From the NCBI RefSeq assembly GCF_004010195.1, contig NC_057728.1, positions 52,007,459 to 52,038,560 on the forward strand: DNA of 31,102 bases, in the 5' to 3' direction. The notes beneath the pieces were generated by a model that was not told the origin of the DNA, made no database searches, and saw only the letters and a list, made by a program, of their open reading frames with translations. Origin of the DNA: Chiloscyllium plagiosum. Lineage: Eukaryota. The position numbers and the translations under genes were made by a program. Shown here one piece after another: positions 11,180-24,365 of the stretch; position 1 is the first letter of the stretch; each line of letters begins with the position of its first letter.

Positions 11180-11339
11180 CAAGTCAGGACGGTGAATGGC
11201 TTTGAGATCTGGTTATGGTGTTCCCATGAAACTAGTGCCTTTGTCCTTCTAGATAGCAATGATCATGGGTTTAGAAGGTGCTGCCTAAGGGTCTTTGATG
11301 AATTTCTGCAGTGCATTTTGCAAATCTCATTCCCAGGAT

Positions 11340-12230
11340 GGCAGGGTATTTACAGCAGAGTACTGCAAGGGTCAAAGCTGGTCACAATCTATATCAATGA
11401 TTTGGATGTGGGGAACATTTGCAATATTTCCAAATTTTGGATGTAGGTTTGCTCACTGAGCTGGAAGGTTCGTTTTCAGACGTTTTGTCACCATAATAGG
11501 TAACATCTTCAGTGAGCCTCCAAGTGAAGCACTGGTGGTGGAGCCCTCTTTCTATTTATATGTTTGAGTTTCCTTGGGTTGGTGATGTCATTTCCTATGG
11601 TGATGTCATTTCCTGTTCTGCCAGGGAGTGGTACATGGGATCCAAGTCAGTGTTTGTTGATAGAGTTCCGGTTGGAATGCCATGCTTCTAGGAATTCTTG
11701 TGCGTGTCTCAGTTTGGCTTGTCTTAGGATGGATGTGTCATCCCAGTTGAAGTAGTGTCCTTCCTCAACTGTATCTATCAACAAACACATTGACTTGGAT
11801 TCCATCTACCACCCTCTGAGAAAAAGAACAGGAAGTGATATCACCATAGGAAATGATGTCACCACAGGAAATGATATTACCAACCCAAGGAAACTCAAAC
11901 ATACAAACAGAAAGCGGGCTACACCACCAATGCTTCATTCAGAGGCTCACTGAAGATTTTACCTAGTATGGTGACGAAACCTCTGAAAACAAACCTTCCA
12001 GCTCAGCGAGCAAACCTACATCCAGACTTAACCTGAGCTATAAATCTTCTCAAAAACTAGTTATTTCCAAAATTTGCTGCTGCCACTAAACTAGGTGAGA
12101 ATGGGAATTGTGAAGACCACCACAAGCAAGTTCCAAGCAAAACTCATTGGACAGGCTAAGTGAAAGGACAAGAACATGGCTGAAGGAATCAGTGTGAAGT
12201 TATCCACTTTGATAGGAAAAGCAACGTTGT
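11340..12230 (+). mobile_element. CR1 RT fragment split by a Penelope insertion
   Basis: LQGSKLVTIYINDLDVGNICNISKF (up to 11437) resumes at 12062 as ISKFAAATKLG (decayed FADDTKL motif). Confidence 0.8.
11438..12061. mobile_element. Penelope-like element (Poseidon-type), inverted partial-tandem insertion
   Basis: Minus strand 11650-11772 encodes GIY-YIG C-terminus EEGHYFNWDDTSILRQAKLRHAQEFLEAWHSNRNSINKH; 11438-11663 is inverted relative to 11774-12024; TSD tatttccaaa(a)ttt at 11425-11437 and 12062-12075. Confidence 0.85.
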
Positions 12231-12452
12231 GGGTCTACCTGCAGCAAATGGACTGAAGCAATTCAAGAAAACAGCTCATTATCACTTTCTCAAGGGCATC
12301 TAGGTACGGATAATAAATGTATACAGTCCATGTAATCATTGAATTTTAACTCTCAGCAGGTGACCATTTGATCCAGTGTGCTTGTGCCAGCTCACTGAAA
12401 GGGCACGATACAACGATTCACATACCCCTACTCTTTCCCCTGTAAATTGCTA

Positions 12453-12752
<300 letters not shown>

Positions 12753-13009
12753 CTACAAGAAATTAAATAGTGGGAACACTTCGAGAATTGTACCATTTAG
12801 GCAAAATTCCTAAACAAGGCACCAGTTAGGGAAGAAGCAAGAAAATTTTATTCAAATATAAAAAGACAATGTAATGTTGCATGAAACAGCTCTTTCAATA
12901 ATCGTAGATAATTGCTCAGGAAAAGAATAGTGCATGTAAAAAGATCCAGAACACATTCAAGCTTATGTTTCAGGGCCCACTAGCAAGTCTGCTGTCACTC
13001 TTACCCTCT

Positions 13010-13350
13010 CTCCCAGAATTACAACAGGGCTCCCCTTGTCTTCATTTTCTGCCATTTTCCCTACCTCCAAGGTTTTTAATGTATGTTCAATTTAATATAC
13101 TCTTTGCTGCTTACAACGGGGTCTCCTCAATAGTGGGAGACCGCTTTGCAGAACACTCCCATTCAATCCGCAAGCATGACCCTGACTTTCCTTTTAGTAC
13201 CATTTTAATTCATTACCTTACTCTGACACTAACATTTCAGTCCTTAGTCTTTTGCATTGTTCTAGGGAAGTTCAATGAAAGCTTGAAGAACAGCATCTCA
13301 CCTTTCAATTAGTCACTTTATAGCCTTTCAATCTCAACATTACACTTCAC
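13010..13350 (+). mobile_element. Decayed Penelope-like GIY-YIG endonuclease fragment
   Basis: GDRFAEHSHSIRKHDPD and, in a shifted frame, KLEEQHLTF (aagcttgaagaacagcatctc), typical of vertebrate PLE endonuclease C-termini. Confidence 0.7.
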
Positions 13351-13422
13351 AACTAAGCTGTAAAGTTCCTCTGCCCATTTGGTTTGATTTTCATTGCACA
13401 TTCTGCTTTCTATCTTAATTTA

Positions 13423-13731
<309 letters not shown>

Positions 13732-14672
13732 TTAGGTTTACTTTTGGTTTCCATAAATCTGGTACGCTTTAGAAATAATTAGTTCATCTGCAAACAGCTA
13801 GTCAATGGTATTAACATACATGAAAAACAATTACATATTTAATATAGAAATTAAAATATCCATCGCTAATTAGCTTAATGTCAGGGAATTCTAATTAGGT
13901 ACCTCGAGATCCTCTATTTATCTTTGAAACCTTCCGAGTGCCAATTCTCTTTTCACATAACCTAGTTGTGAATTTAAAGACAGGAGGGCAGATTTAATTA
14001 CATTAGTGGAGTGGGGAGGATTAGACAATCTCCAAAGTCAACGTTTTATTCTTTTGTCACTGGGGAAATCCCTTGCTTTCCAGGGTGCCCTGATTTTGGG
14101 ACCATTCCATATCTCTCACCAACAAAGCGAGCAGCATTAAGACAAAAACTGCTGGCAAAGAATAGGGAAATGCTGAGGAAATAATGAACACATTAAAAAA
14201 ACACAGAATATTAAGGTGAAAGATTAAGCCAGAAAACTGGCAGGTTCTACAAACATCTCCACTGGCTCCAAGCCTATCAAATCTCTAGTGGTGAAGGACT
14301 TAAGGCAGGACTATGGAATTAGGCTCACTGTTAGCTGCCCTACTCTTATCTACAAGCTAATGCAGATTCTGATTTGCTCCATCCCATGTGGTCTGGAATT
14401 AAAACTCATTGTCTCTATAATTTTGAACACAGCATCCTTTATTCCATTACATTCCCAATATAGAAGCAATGCCTCCCTCTTTGGGTTATTCAGTATCATC
14501 TCACAACCCAATTTTCTCAAATGCACTTCTGTAATCTAACTTCAAAATGACAACGTCTAGATATTTTAAAATCCACTGTCACACTGAAAATCATTAAGAG
14601 TTTAAACAGAGATATAATTCAGAAGTTGCACCAGTGTACATAGGAATGAAACATCGAGCAGACTAGGTTTTT

Positions 14673-14690
14673 GGGGGGGGGGGGGGGGGG
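14673..14690 (+). repeat. Poly-G tract (18 G)
   Basis: Direct reading. Confidence 0.9.
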
Positions 14691-14717
14691 TTACATTTTA
14701 AACAGGGGTCTCCCTCT

Positions 14718-14952
14718 GAGAAGGTCATGACTCTTTGGATTTTCCTTCCCCAGAGAGCAGTGGAGAAAGTCAATGAATATTTTTAAGACAGAGACAGATA
14801 TATTCTCAGCCAACATGGGAGTCAGAAGCTATCACGGGTAAATGGAAACACGGAGTCGAGGCCACAGTCAGATCAAATATGGTCTAGTTGAACAACAGAG
14901 CAGGTTTGAGGGATTAAATGGCTATTTCTGCTTCTAATTTGTGTGTTCCTAT
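14718..14952 (+). mobile_element. CR1 LINE 3' fragment
   Basis: ttggattttccttccccagagagcagtggag (W..LP..AVE) through the tail aaatggctatttctgcttct. Confidence 0.75.
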
Positions 14953-15127
14953 TTAGCCAAACTGAATTCAAATAAACTACAGCCAAAGAATTCTTAGTGT
15001 GACTATTTTATATTTATTGACAAAACACATGTAAAATCCCATTACCTTCAACATCTGATTTGATTGTCACAACATTACATCTTAATTATTGTATTCCACC
15101 TTCTTTTTTATATTATATGGTTTTGTT

Positions 15128-15388
15128 AGGTCGATTGAGAAATGGAAGTTGGCCATGGTACCAGGAATAATTCTCCTGCTCCTATGCAATGGCTCTATTA
15201 GATCTTAAACAGAGCCTCAGTTTAATATCTCATCCAAAGACAGCACTACCAAAGTGCAGTGCTCCCTCAGTCTCACACTGGAGTCTTAGTCTTGATTATC
15301 ACATGCTTAAGTCCAAGAATAGGACTTGAACCTGGGACTTTGTGGTTCAGAGGGAAGAGTACTATCCACTGAGCCGTAGCTGACACAC
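15128..15388 (-). mobile_element. Deu-domain SINE (SacSINE1/AmnSINE-like)
   Basis: Antisense Deu core cctcagtttaatatctcatccaaagacagcac...gcagtgctccctcagt and tRNA head ggacttgaacc...ccactgagcc. Confidence 0.75.
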
Positions 15389-16302
15389 TTCTCTCAGGGT
15401 TTGATTTCTTTTGGGTATATACCTTACATGGTCGAGCATGAAGAGACAGGGGGTGAGGCAGAAATGAGAGAGAGGAGCAGACTTGAAATCTTACACTCTA
15501 ATCTCTGCCAGGGAGACAGGTGACTGTTTCTCAACAGGACTAAGAAGTCCGATTCCTTAATATTTACATTTTCAATGTTTCTATTTCACTGAAACTGGTG
15601 ATCACACAATAGAGGTGCTGGCAAGGTAGGGAAGCAGGGGAGAGAAGTGATGAGAATCAGACTGGAGTGTGTCAGGTCAACAGAAAATGGCCTGGTGATA
15701 AATCAGGTTTGGAGTGTAATGGGGTGGGGGGAGGAACAAAATTGTGGCCTACTGGGAAGGGGAATACAACATTGGCTTGTTGCAGAGGATTATGGATTCT
15801 GTTGAGGGACTCTGTGTGGCTACACCAGGTTGTTCGGCAGAACATTTATATAGTGCGCAAAATAAAATGACTCTTTTCCCTTACATAGTATTTACACTAC
15901 AGAAACGGGCTATTCAGCCCATTGGGTCCATACTAGCATACTGAGGAAAAACAGGAGAAAATATGACAATTTTGAAGAACAGGACTTTTATCTCAACCCA
16001 AGGCCATAATGTAAAAGTGACCTGATATAAATTGATGCAGTGTAACAAACTGATACCTCAAGACTTTCTCAACATGGCTCAAACCCGACTTGAAGAACAA
16101 GTGTAACGCTTCTACCTTTTACACTGCTTGGCCCCAAATGGAGCTGTCAATTCATGCAGAGCATTAGCACACTGAGCTCGGCCCTCATCTTGAACCCCCA
16201 GTTTATGGGACCAATTGGACTAGAGGAATCAATGGTTGCATTACACAAAAGATTATCCAAACAGGAATGGGAGAATAATGGTTACTTGATAGAAAAAGGT
16301 TA

Positions 16303-16467
<165 letters not shown>

Positions 16468-16594
16468 CTACAGGAGAAGAACAAGCTTTTGTTTTAAGGT
16501 ACCCTCTGTAAGCTTCAAACACTTTAGAACCAACGAGTTGCATGTGAAGTGCCATCCGTGTTGAAAACCAATTGAAAGACAGCAGGTAGAATGA

Positions 16595-16900
16595 ATCATG
16601 AAGGAAGCCATTTAGTGTATGCGTGTGTGCTAGCCTTTTAAACACGTGATCAATTAGTCCCATTCCTCTTTTCCTCTTAACCTTGGAAATTATTCCCCTG
16701 GATTCATTTATGAATTTCCTCTTAAAAACTACTGAATCTGCTTCCACTGCCCATTCTGAAGGATCATAGGTCATGGGGTAAATAGAAACTCCTGTCGCTC
16801 TGGGCTGGTCCTCTCACCAACTGCTTTTAAAGGAGTCTCCTCTGATTACCAATCCCAGCAACCACTGGAAACAATACCTCCCCATTTACTTTATAAGAAG
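16595..16900 (-). mobile_element. Old CR1 LINE 3' fragment
   Basis: aggaagccattta tail and ttaaaaactactgaatctgcttccactgccc (antisense AVEADSVVFK). Confidence 0.65.
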
Positions 16901-17646
16901 CTCTGTTTTTATTTAGAGGTGGAATGCTAATTAGGATGGCTGACAGCACTCTTATACTGAGGCACAGCCTCTGATAATTTAGAACGGCTCACTACACACT
17001 GGCAAACTTCACCATGGGTCTTTCAAGCAATGGTCAGGGACAAAAAAAAATTCTACAGAGCTGCATATAGGGTCAACAGCAATATTTACAACTCATTGTA
17101 GAGAGCTCTACACATCCCTCATCCCATGAAATGTATCTGCGTGGAATCTGACTGCATCTAACAGTTTGTCAAAAGTTTGCTCGCCAAAGGCCTGGTTAGG
17201 TTCTGACCAGCACTTTTGATGTCAGCACTTAGCACTAAGGAAATACAAGTTGTTTTAAGAATCCCCACAAATGACTTTCAGACAGTATGAAACAGAACGC
17301 TGGAGAAAATCAGCAGGTATGGCAGCCTCTGTGGAGAAAAACAGTTAACATTTTAAACCTGGTATGACTTCTTCGGAACTGAATTTGAACATGAAATTTG
17401 ACACCAAGCCACTTAAGTACATATGAGTCCAGGTGACCAAAAGCTTTGTTAAAGAGGTAGATTTTAAGGGCAAATTAAAGGAGGAAAAAGGTTTATGAGA
17501 AGGAAATAATACCAGGGTCAGCAATGATAGTCAAGAACGTACAAGACGTCAGAATTAGACACATGCAGAGATCTCAGGGTTGTAGGGCTGAAAGGAATGA
17601 GAGAGATAGGGGGAAAGCCAAGGAGAGATTTGCATATGAAGATTTA

Positions 17647-17922
17647 GGTGGCATGGTAGCTCAATGGTTAGCACTGTGGCCTCACAGTGCCAGGAACCCG
17701 GATTCAATTCCAGCCTCGGGCGACTGTGCAGAGTTTGCCTATTCTCCACATGTTTGCAGGGTGCTCCAGTTTCCTCCCAAAAATACGCAAGTCAGGTGGA
17801 CTGGCCATGCTAAATTGCTTGTAGTGTTAGGTGCATTAGTCAGAGGGAAATGGGTAGGTAGGTTACTCTCTGGAGGGTCGGTGTGCAACTGTTGGGCCAA
17901 ATGGCCCGTTTCCATACTGTAG
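17647..17922 (+). mobile_element. HE1-like V-SINE
   Basis: tRNA head with A box (tagctcaatgg) and B box (ggattcaattcc), V-domain gagtttgc..ttctcc...ggtgctccagtttcctccca, LINE-derived tail ttgggccaaatggcccgtttcc. Confidence 0.9.
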
Positions 17923-18811
17923 GAAATCTAGTCTTTAAAAAAAAACACTCAAATCAGGATACTTCCAGAGGGAGAACCAACGTAGGTCAGCAAGCTGATG
18001 GTGAACCTGATTTGACGCAAGTTAGAAAAGGGCAACAGAGCTTTGGATTGTCACATTTAGGAGGTAGAAGGTAGCAGGTCAATCAAGAACATATTAAAAT
18101 AACCAAGTCTATCAAAACACGGCTGAAGGTCTCAGTAGACGATCTAAAACCAACTGTTGACTGACGCTATCAGCTGCAGAATGGCTGTTTTATACTACAG
18201 CTGCCCTTTGCTGTGGAAAAAAAGGGCACTACAGACAACTGTGTGCCTGCTTCTGACTGCTGACCTTGGCAGGTACTCATCAACAAAAGGACATTCAGCA
18301 TTATTAATGATACACCAAAGGAATACCATCAGAATTTGAGGGCTAGATCATCCGAAGAGATTACTGTGGGAATGGAAGGGCTGCATTGACTCCAAAGTCT
18401 TTTATCCAGCCTGAAATTTGCTTTCGGGTTACTATACATTCATTTAAGCAAATGAAGCAGTGATAAAAACGATCCACCAACTAAGATGCTGCTGACCTCA
18501 TGAAGTTTAAGACAATATAAGCTCATTTCAAAAGGTCTTTTAAAAAAAGAGTTCTTCCTTTACTTAAGTTGCAATGAGTAAGTGCAGGATCATTTTAATT
18601 GGTTAACTAGAGTCTGCTGTTGATTGTTAATAGAATGGGTAACTATAGGAACATTTGTTACATTACAGAACTGCCCGCAATGTGAAAGGAAACAGCTTCA
18701 GCACTAGAATCATTCAAATAGCTTTTGTTTCACTGACTCCAAATAAAAACAGCTGTACGCACTGTTATAAGAGATTAAAACGTCGACACAAATATATATA
18801 TAATACATATT

Positions 18812-19342
18812 GAGAGAGAGAGTGAGAGAGAGAGTGAGAGAGAGAGTGAGAGAGAGAGTGAGAGAGAGANNNNNNNNNNNNNNNNNNNNNNNNNNNNNNN
18901 NNNNNNNNNNNNNNNNNNNNNNNNNNNNNNNNNGTGTGAGAGTGTGAGAGTGTGAGAGTGTGAGAGTGTGAGAGTGTGAGAGTGTGAGAGTGTGAGAGTG
19001 TGAGAGTGTGAGAGTGTGAGAGTGTGAGAGTGTGAGAGTGTGAGAGTGTGAGAGTGTGAGAGTGTGAGAGTGTGAGAGTGTGAGAGTGTGAGAGTGTGAG
19101 AGTGTGAGAGTGTGAGAGTGTGAGAGTGTGAGAGTGTGAGAGTGTGAGAGTGTGAGAGTGTGAGAGTGTGAGAGTGTGAGAGTGTGAGAGTGTGAGAGTG
19201 TGAGAGTGTGAGAGTGTGAGAGTGTGAGAGTGTGAGAGTGTGAGAGTGTGAGAGTGTGAGAGAGTGAGAGAGTGAGAGTGTGAGAGTGTGAGAGTGTGAG
19301 AGTGTGAGAGTGTGAGCGAGCGTGAGCGAGAGTGAGAGTGTG
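18812..19342. repeat. Compound microsatellite (GA-rich then (GAGAGTGT)n) spanning a 64-N assembly gap at 18870-18933
   Basis: Direct reading; true length unknown because of the gap. Confidence 0.97.
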
Positions 19343-19844
19343 AAAAAAAAAAGAGTTTTATCAAATTAAATCTGTAAAACAGAAATATTTTCTCTAATCA
19401 GTTTCTTTCAACTACTAAGTTTGACTTTTCTACTAAAATAAATGGTAAAAATAAAAGTTCCAAAGTGCTTTAAATATCTGTTTCTGAAATATTAACATGC
19501 TTAGAAATAAGCTTTATTCTTAATTTAAATTCACATTAAAGAGAATATCCCAATGACAGAAAGCAAGAGAAAGTATTAACATCGGAGATGATCTAAACCA
19601 AAAACAGGAAATTCTACAAACACAGCAGGCAATAAATGAATGCTTCATCCATCCTGAAAAAAGATTTCTCTAATCTTGTCCATACATCCTATAGATGCTT
19701 AAAGTTTAAGCATCAAACTGTAAGAAAAAATGCACTTATATGGAACCTTTCACAAGTAATGGATATTTTAAATCACTTCACATGTCACTAATAATTTAAA
19801 AAAAGTGTAGCCAATACACTCACGTAGGAAATATTGTGGATTGT

Positions 19845-20180
19845 GGGGGGGGGGGGGGGAAGAAATGGCCTAGTGGTATTTTCATTGGACCATTAATCCA
19901 AAGGTGCAGGTAATGTTCTGAGAATCTCGGTGTGAAGCCTGCCATAGAATATGAATTCAATAAAAGAAAATTCTGAAATAAATCTAATAAATCTGAAAAA
20001 TCTGATTTAATTATGACCATGAAACCATCGCCAATTGTCAGAAAAAACCCTTCTGTTTCACCAACATCCTTTAGGGAAGGTAACTGCCATCTTTACTTGG
20101 TCTGGCCTACATGGGACTCCAGGCCCACCACAAAGCCCCTCGGGCAATTATGGGTGGACACTAAATGCTCCCACAAACAG
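19845..20180 (+). mobile_element. tRNA-derived shark SINE preceded by a G15 tract
   Basis: tggcctagtggta...gtgtgaagcctgcc head; gaccatgaaacc...cctttagggaagg...tggtctggcctacatg body. Confidence 0.7.
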
Positions 20181-20189
20181 CAATCTGAT

Positions 20190-20432
20190 GAAAACCTTTG
20201 TTTTGATATTGGTTGAGGAATAAATATTGACTAGAACATTGAGATGGTACACAAGATCTTTTACATCCACAGAAGAGGGAAAACCACTAATTGTAAAGAT
20301 AGCAGCTCTTACATTGTAACATTCTCTCGGTACAAGCTGGAATGCCAGCTTTGATTTCCGTGCACAAGTCCTCGAGTGGGATTTAAATTCCAACCTTCTG
20401 ACTTCGAGGCAACAGTACCACAAACTGAGCTA
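20190..20432 (-). mobile_element. Deu-domain SINE
   Basis: ggttgaggaataaatattg...agatcttttacatccac...gtgggatttaaattccaaccttctgact...actgagc. Confidence 0.7.
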
Positions 20433-20804
20433 GAACTGTGTGGCTCCAACCTGAAACATGAACCCATTTCATTTGCTGTGCAGTTCTAGCACTGGCTGTC
20501 TTTACTGCAGTTTAAACATGTGCTCAGTGGTTTGCTTACAGTAGCCAAACGACCCACCTAATCAAAAGCAGCATGAGGCTTTTCTATTTACCACCAGCAC
20601 AGAAGTCAATTGTAAAGGTGTTGCTTAAAACATGCAAATCGCAGCAAATCACTTCACATTTTCCAAAATGAATGATACTCTTTTTATTCAGGACATAAGT
20701 GACTTAAAGGAAGACAGTGACAAAGCAGCAATGTCACTGCACAATATTCCGAAAGCACAGGCTGATATTCAGAAGACAGGGCCTCAAAAACTAGCATGAA
20801 AATT

Positions 20805-21040
20805 GCTGGTGGCATTTAAATTCAATTAAATCTGGAATTGAGAGTGAGTTTCAGTAATTGTTACATTCAGTAATCATGAACCTAGCACTGATCATCATAA
20901 AATCCACCTGGTGCAATAGTATTCTTTGAGAATGAAATCCGACATGCTTAGCTGTTCTACATGTAGCGCCAGACCAACAGGAATGTGTTGGAGTCTTAAC
21001 TACCCTCTTAAATGGCCTAGCAAACCTAATTCAAGGGGAA
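20805..21040 (+). mobile_element. tRNA-derived shark SINE (decayed, family of 19866-20180)
   Basis: aattcaattaaatctggaatt...catgaa...tcttaactaccctcttaaatggcctagcaa. Confidence 0.6.
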
Positions 21041-21079
21041 TTGAAGGGTTACAAGGTTGAGCTTATCACCGATATAACT

Positions 21080-21810
21080 GGAGGTTCACAATAATCATCC
21101 TGAGAATGAAGGGCTTTTCATATATGAGGAGCAGTTGAAGACTCTTGGTCTGTACTCAATGGTGTTTAAAAGGATGGAGGATAGATCTGATTTAAAATTA
21201 TAGAATACAGACAGGCCTCAATAGAGTGGATATGGAGAAGATGTTTCCACTAGAAGAGACTAGGACCAAAAGGGCACAGCCTCAGAGTGAAGGTTCTTTA
21301 GAACTGAGATAAGAAGGAACTTCTTCAGAGGGTGGTTAATCTATGGAACTCATTGCTGCAGAAGGCTGTGGAAACCAAATCATTGAGTGTCTTTATGACA
21401 GAGATAGGCAAGTTCTTAACTAATAAGGGGATCAAGGGTTACTGAGAGAAGGTAGGAGAATGGGGTTGAGAAACAGATCAGCCAAAATCAAACGGCGTAG
21501 CAGATTTGATGGGTCAAAGGGCCTAAATTCTGCTTCTATATCTCATGGTGTTACAGCAAAGATTTAAGGTAAGAGAAAGAAGCCAAAAAGTGAGTCGGGC
21601 AATATTTTCACCCAGAGGATGGCGGGAGCCTGGAATATACTGCATGAAAGGTTGGTTAAGTCAGAAACTCCTGTAACATTTAAAACAGTCATTAGAATTC
21701 CACTTGTGTTGCTTAAGTCTCTAAAGCTATGGACGAGGTACTGGAAAAAGTGAACAGTGTAGTCCAATCTTGGGTTGAATACTCTCCTCTCAGTGCTATA
21801 TTAGTCTACG
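21080..21810 (+). mobile_element. CR1 LINE 3' fragments (21080-21550 and about 21590-21810)
   Basis: YEEQLKTLGLYS..DLI..RT.GHSL..RVVNLWNSL motifs plus tail. Confidence 0.8.
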
Positions 21811-22392
21811 AATAACCCCTCCAGAGAATCGAGATCAAGCTCGAGTCTGGATTTTCTATGGGGAGAAGGGAGCTCTAAATAACTAACTAAAACAGTTCAG
21901 AAGCACACATCATCAGATCCAGGACACGGTCCCATGTGGTTTTTCTTTCCACTGGGATGTGGAGTTTTCAGCTTGGCCTTCAGCCCACTCTGATTAACTA
22001 TCTTGTATGAAAGCAGCCCCGAGCATGTAATTTTCTGAATGTATTCTTTTTTGTGGGATGTGATACACCAAATTCCCTCAGATCTTCACTACTAATCACA
22101 GTCCTACCATTCACAATATAATCCTTTGCTGTGTTAGCCTTCAAGTTAACTCTCACTTTAGAGTGGAATTCCATTTACCACTGCTTTGTTTACCTGACCA
22201 GTCTACTGATATCTTCCCATGATTCACTGCTATAATCCTTACTATTTACCACCCTACCAATTTTAGTGTTATCTGTAAACTTCTATTTGTGCCCCCTACA
22301 TTTAAGACCAAATGATTAAATCAACACCACAAATAGCAAGGGCCCCAGCACAAAGTCCTTGCAGAACTCCACTGGAAATAAACTGAGTCACA

Positions 22393-22436
22393 GAATGATC
22401 CCTCTACAGTCACCGAATGATCCCTCTACTGTCACC
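22393..22436 (+). repeat. 22-bp tandem duplication
   Basis: gaatgatccctctacagtcacc / gaatgatccctctactgtcacc. Confidence 0.9.
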
Positions 22437-22640
22437 CTTTGCTTTCTGCATCTCAGTCAATTTTGGATCCCATATGGTTCTTTGCCTTGAATCCCATGGG
22501 TTCTTACATTCCTGACCATGACAGACATCATCAAAGCCTGGCAAATGTAATACCTTCATCAACATTCCTGGTTACCTCCTCAAATAAAATTGATCAAATT
22601 TGTCAAACACAACCTGCCATTAACAAATCCATGCTGAATA

Positions 22641-22821
22641 CAAATAAAAAGGAATTGCGGATGCTGGAATTCAGAAACAAAAAAATCAGAAATTACAGGA
22701 AAAACTCAGCAGTTCAAAAACTGATCTGAAGAAGGGTCATTGGACCTGAAATGTTAACTCTGCTTTCTCTCCACAGACACTGCCTGACCTGCTGTATTTC
22801 CAGCAATATCTGATTTTTTTT
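22641..22821. mobile_element. Short fold-back Penelope-related element with 13-bp TSD
   Basis: ttgcggatgctgga...ctcagcag / ctgaagaagggtcattggacctgaaa...ctgacctgctg; TSD tccatgctgaata (22628-22640) / tccatcctgaata (22822-22834). Confidence 0.7.
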
Positions 22822-23269
22822 TCCATCCTGAATATCCTCGATTATTACATGTCTCTCCAAGGGCAGATATACTCTATCCCTCAACATTCTAATAACTTAC
22901 TCACTGAGGTTAGACTGACTGATCTGCAATTTCCTGGTCTATTTGTTCCTCCCTTTTTTAATAATAGGACAATGCTCACAGTCCTCTTGTCCTCTGGCAC
23001 CTCACATATGGCAAGAGATTTCAAAATTACTCGGAGACCAGGCTTCCTCCCTTGCCTCCCTCAACAGCCTGGGATATTCACTGGATTAAAATCCTGGAAA
23101 TCAGGTCATTGTGGGTCTACAGCATATAGATTGCAGCTGTTCAAGAAGAGAGCTCACCACCACTTTCTCACAGACAATTCAGGACAAACAATAAATGCTG
23201 ACCCAAACAAGGACACCCACATCCCACAAGTGAAATAAAAAAAAAATAGTGGCACCAACTCCAGCCTCA

Positions 23270-23688
<419 letters not shown>

Positions 23689-23872
23689 CCAAATGTAATC
23701 ATATTTCACAGTCACTGCTAGATTAAGAAAACAAGAAATGTCTTTCCATTAATACTTATAAGAGCAAGCACATCACTTCTGTTTATTGAACTTTAACCTC
23801 AAACTTTCATTTTACATATTCTAAGAATACTATAGGTGTAAGTTCAGTGCTGTCACTATAGAGTTGCAACAC

Positions 23873-24099
23873 ATTAGACAATTCGAGGTTTGGTTTTGCT
23901 CGCTTTTGTTAAATCATTGTTAAAATATCTAAACAGCAAATATCACAAACCACATCGTGGGCCGAAGGGCCTGTTCTGTGCTGTATTGTTCTATGTTCTA
24001 GTTCTATGTTCTATGTTCTATTAGACAATTCGAGGTTTGGTTTTGCTCGCTTTTGTTAAATCATTGTTAAAATATCTAAACAGCAAATATCACAAACCA
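23873..24099 (+). mobile_element. 67-bp LINE/SINE 3' tail (23953-24019) flanked by an 80-bp perfect direct repeat
   Basis: catcgtgggccgaagggcctgttctgtgctgtat(tgttcta)n between identical copies 23873-23952 and 24020-24099. Confidence 0.92.
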
Positions 24100-24230
24100 G
24101 GCATTCTTGCCTTAAGACTTTATTAAGGTCTAGGAGTCTCTTTTTACCCCCACTGTGTTTAAACAGCTGACTATATAGCCAAGCCCATGAGGCTGCAGTT
24201 AAACATCCACATTGAAAGAGCTGAAATTTA

Positions 24231-24365
<135 letters not shown>

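Larger units (their letters stand above)
22030..23075 (-). mobile_element. Decayed CR1 RT fragment (antisense) containing a short PLE insertion
   Basis: ttttagtgttatctgtaaactt (KF.DNTK), gggccccagcaca (VLGP), gaggttagactgact (SLTS). Confidence 0.75.

Noticed and set aside
17524..17922. 132-aa ORF and tRNA-like A/B boxes
   Set aside because: Lies over an HE1/V-SINE; the tRNA-like head is the SINE promoter, not a tRNA gene.
18765..19364. 199-aa ORF of SHSHTLTL repeats
   Set aside because: Translation of the (GAGAGTGT)n microsatellite across an N gap; not a gene.
23873..24099. CRISPR-like or prokaryotic repeat-spacer system
   Set aside because: Only two repeat copies around a retroposon tail in a vertebrate intron; no cas or other prokaryotic genes.
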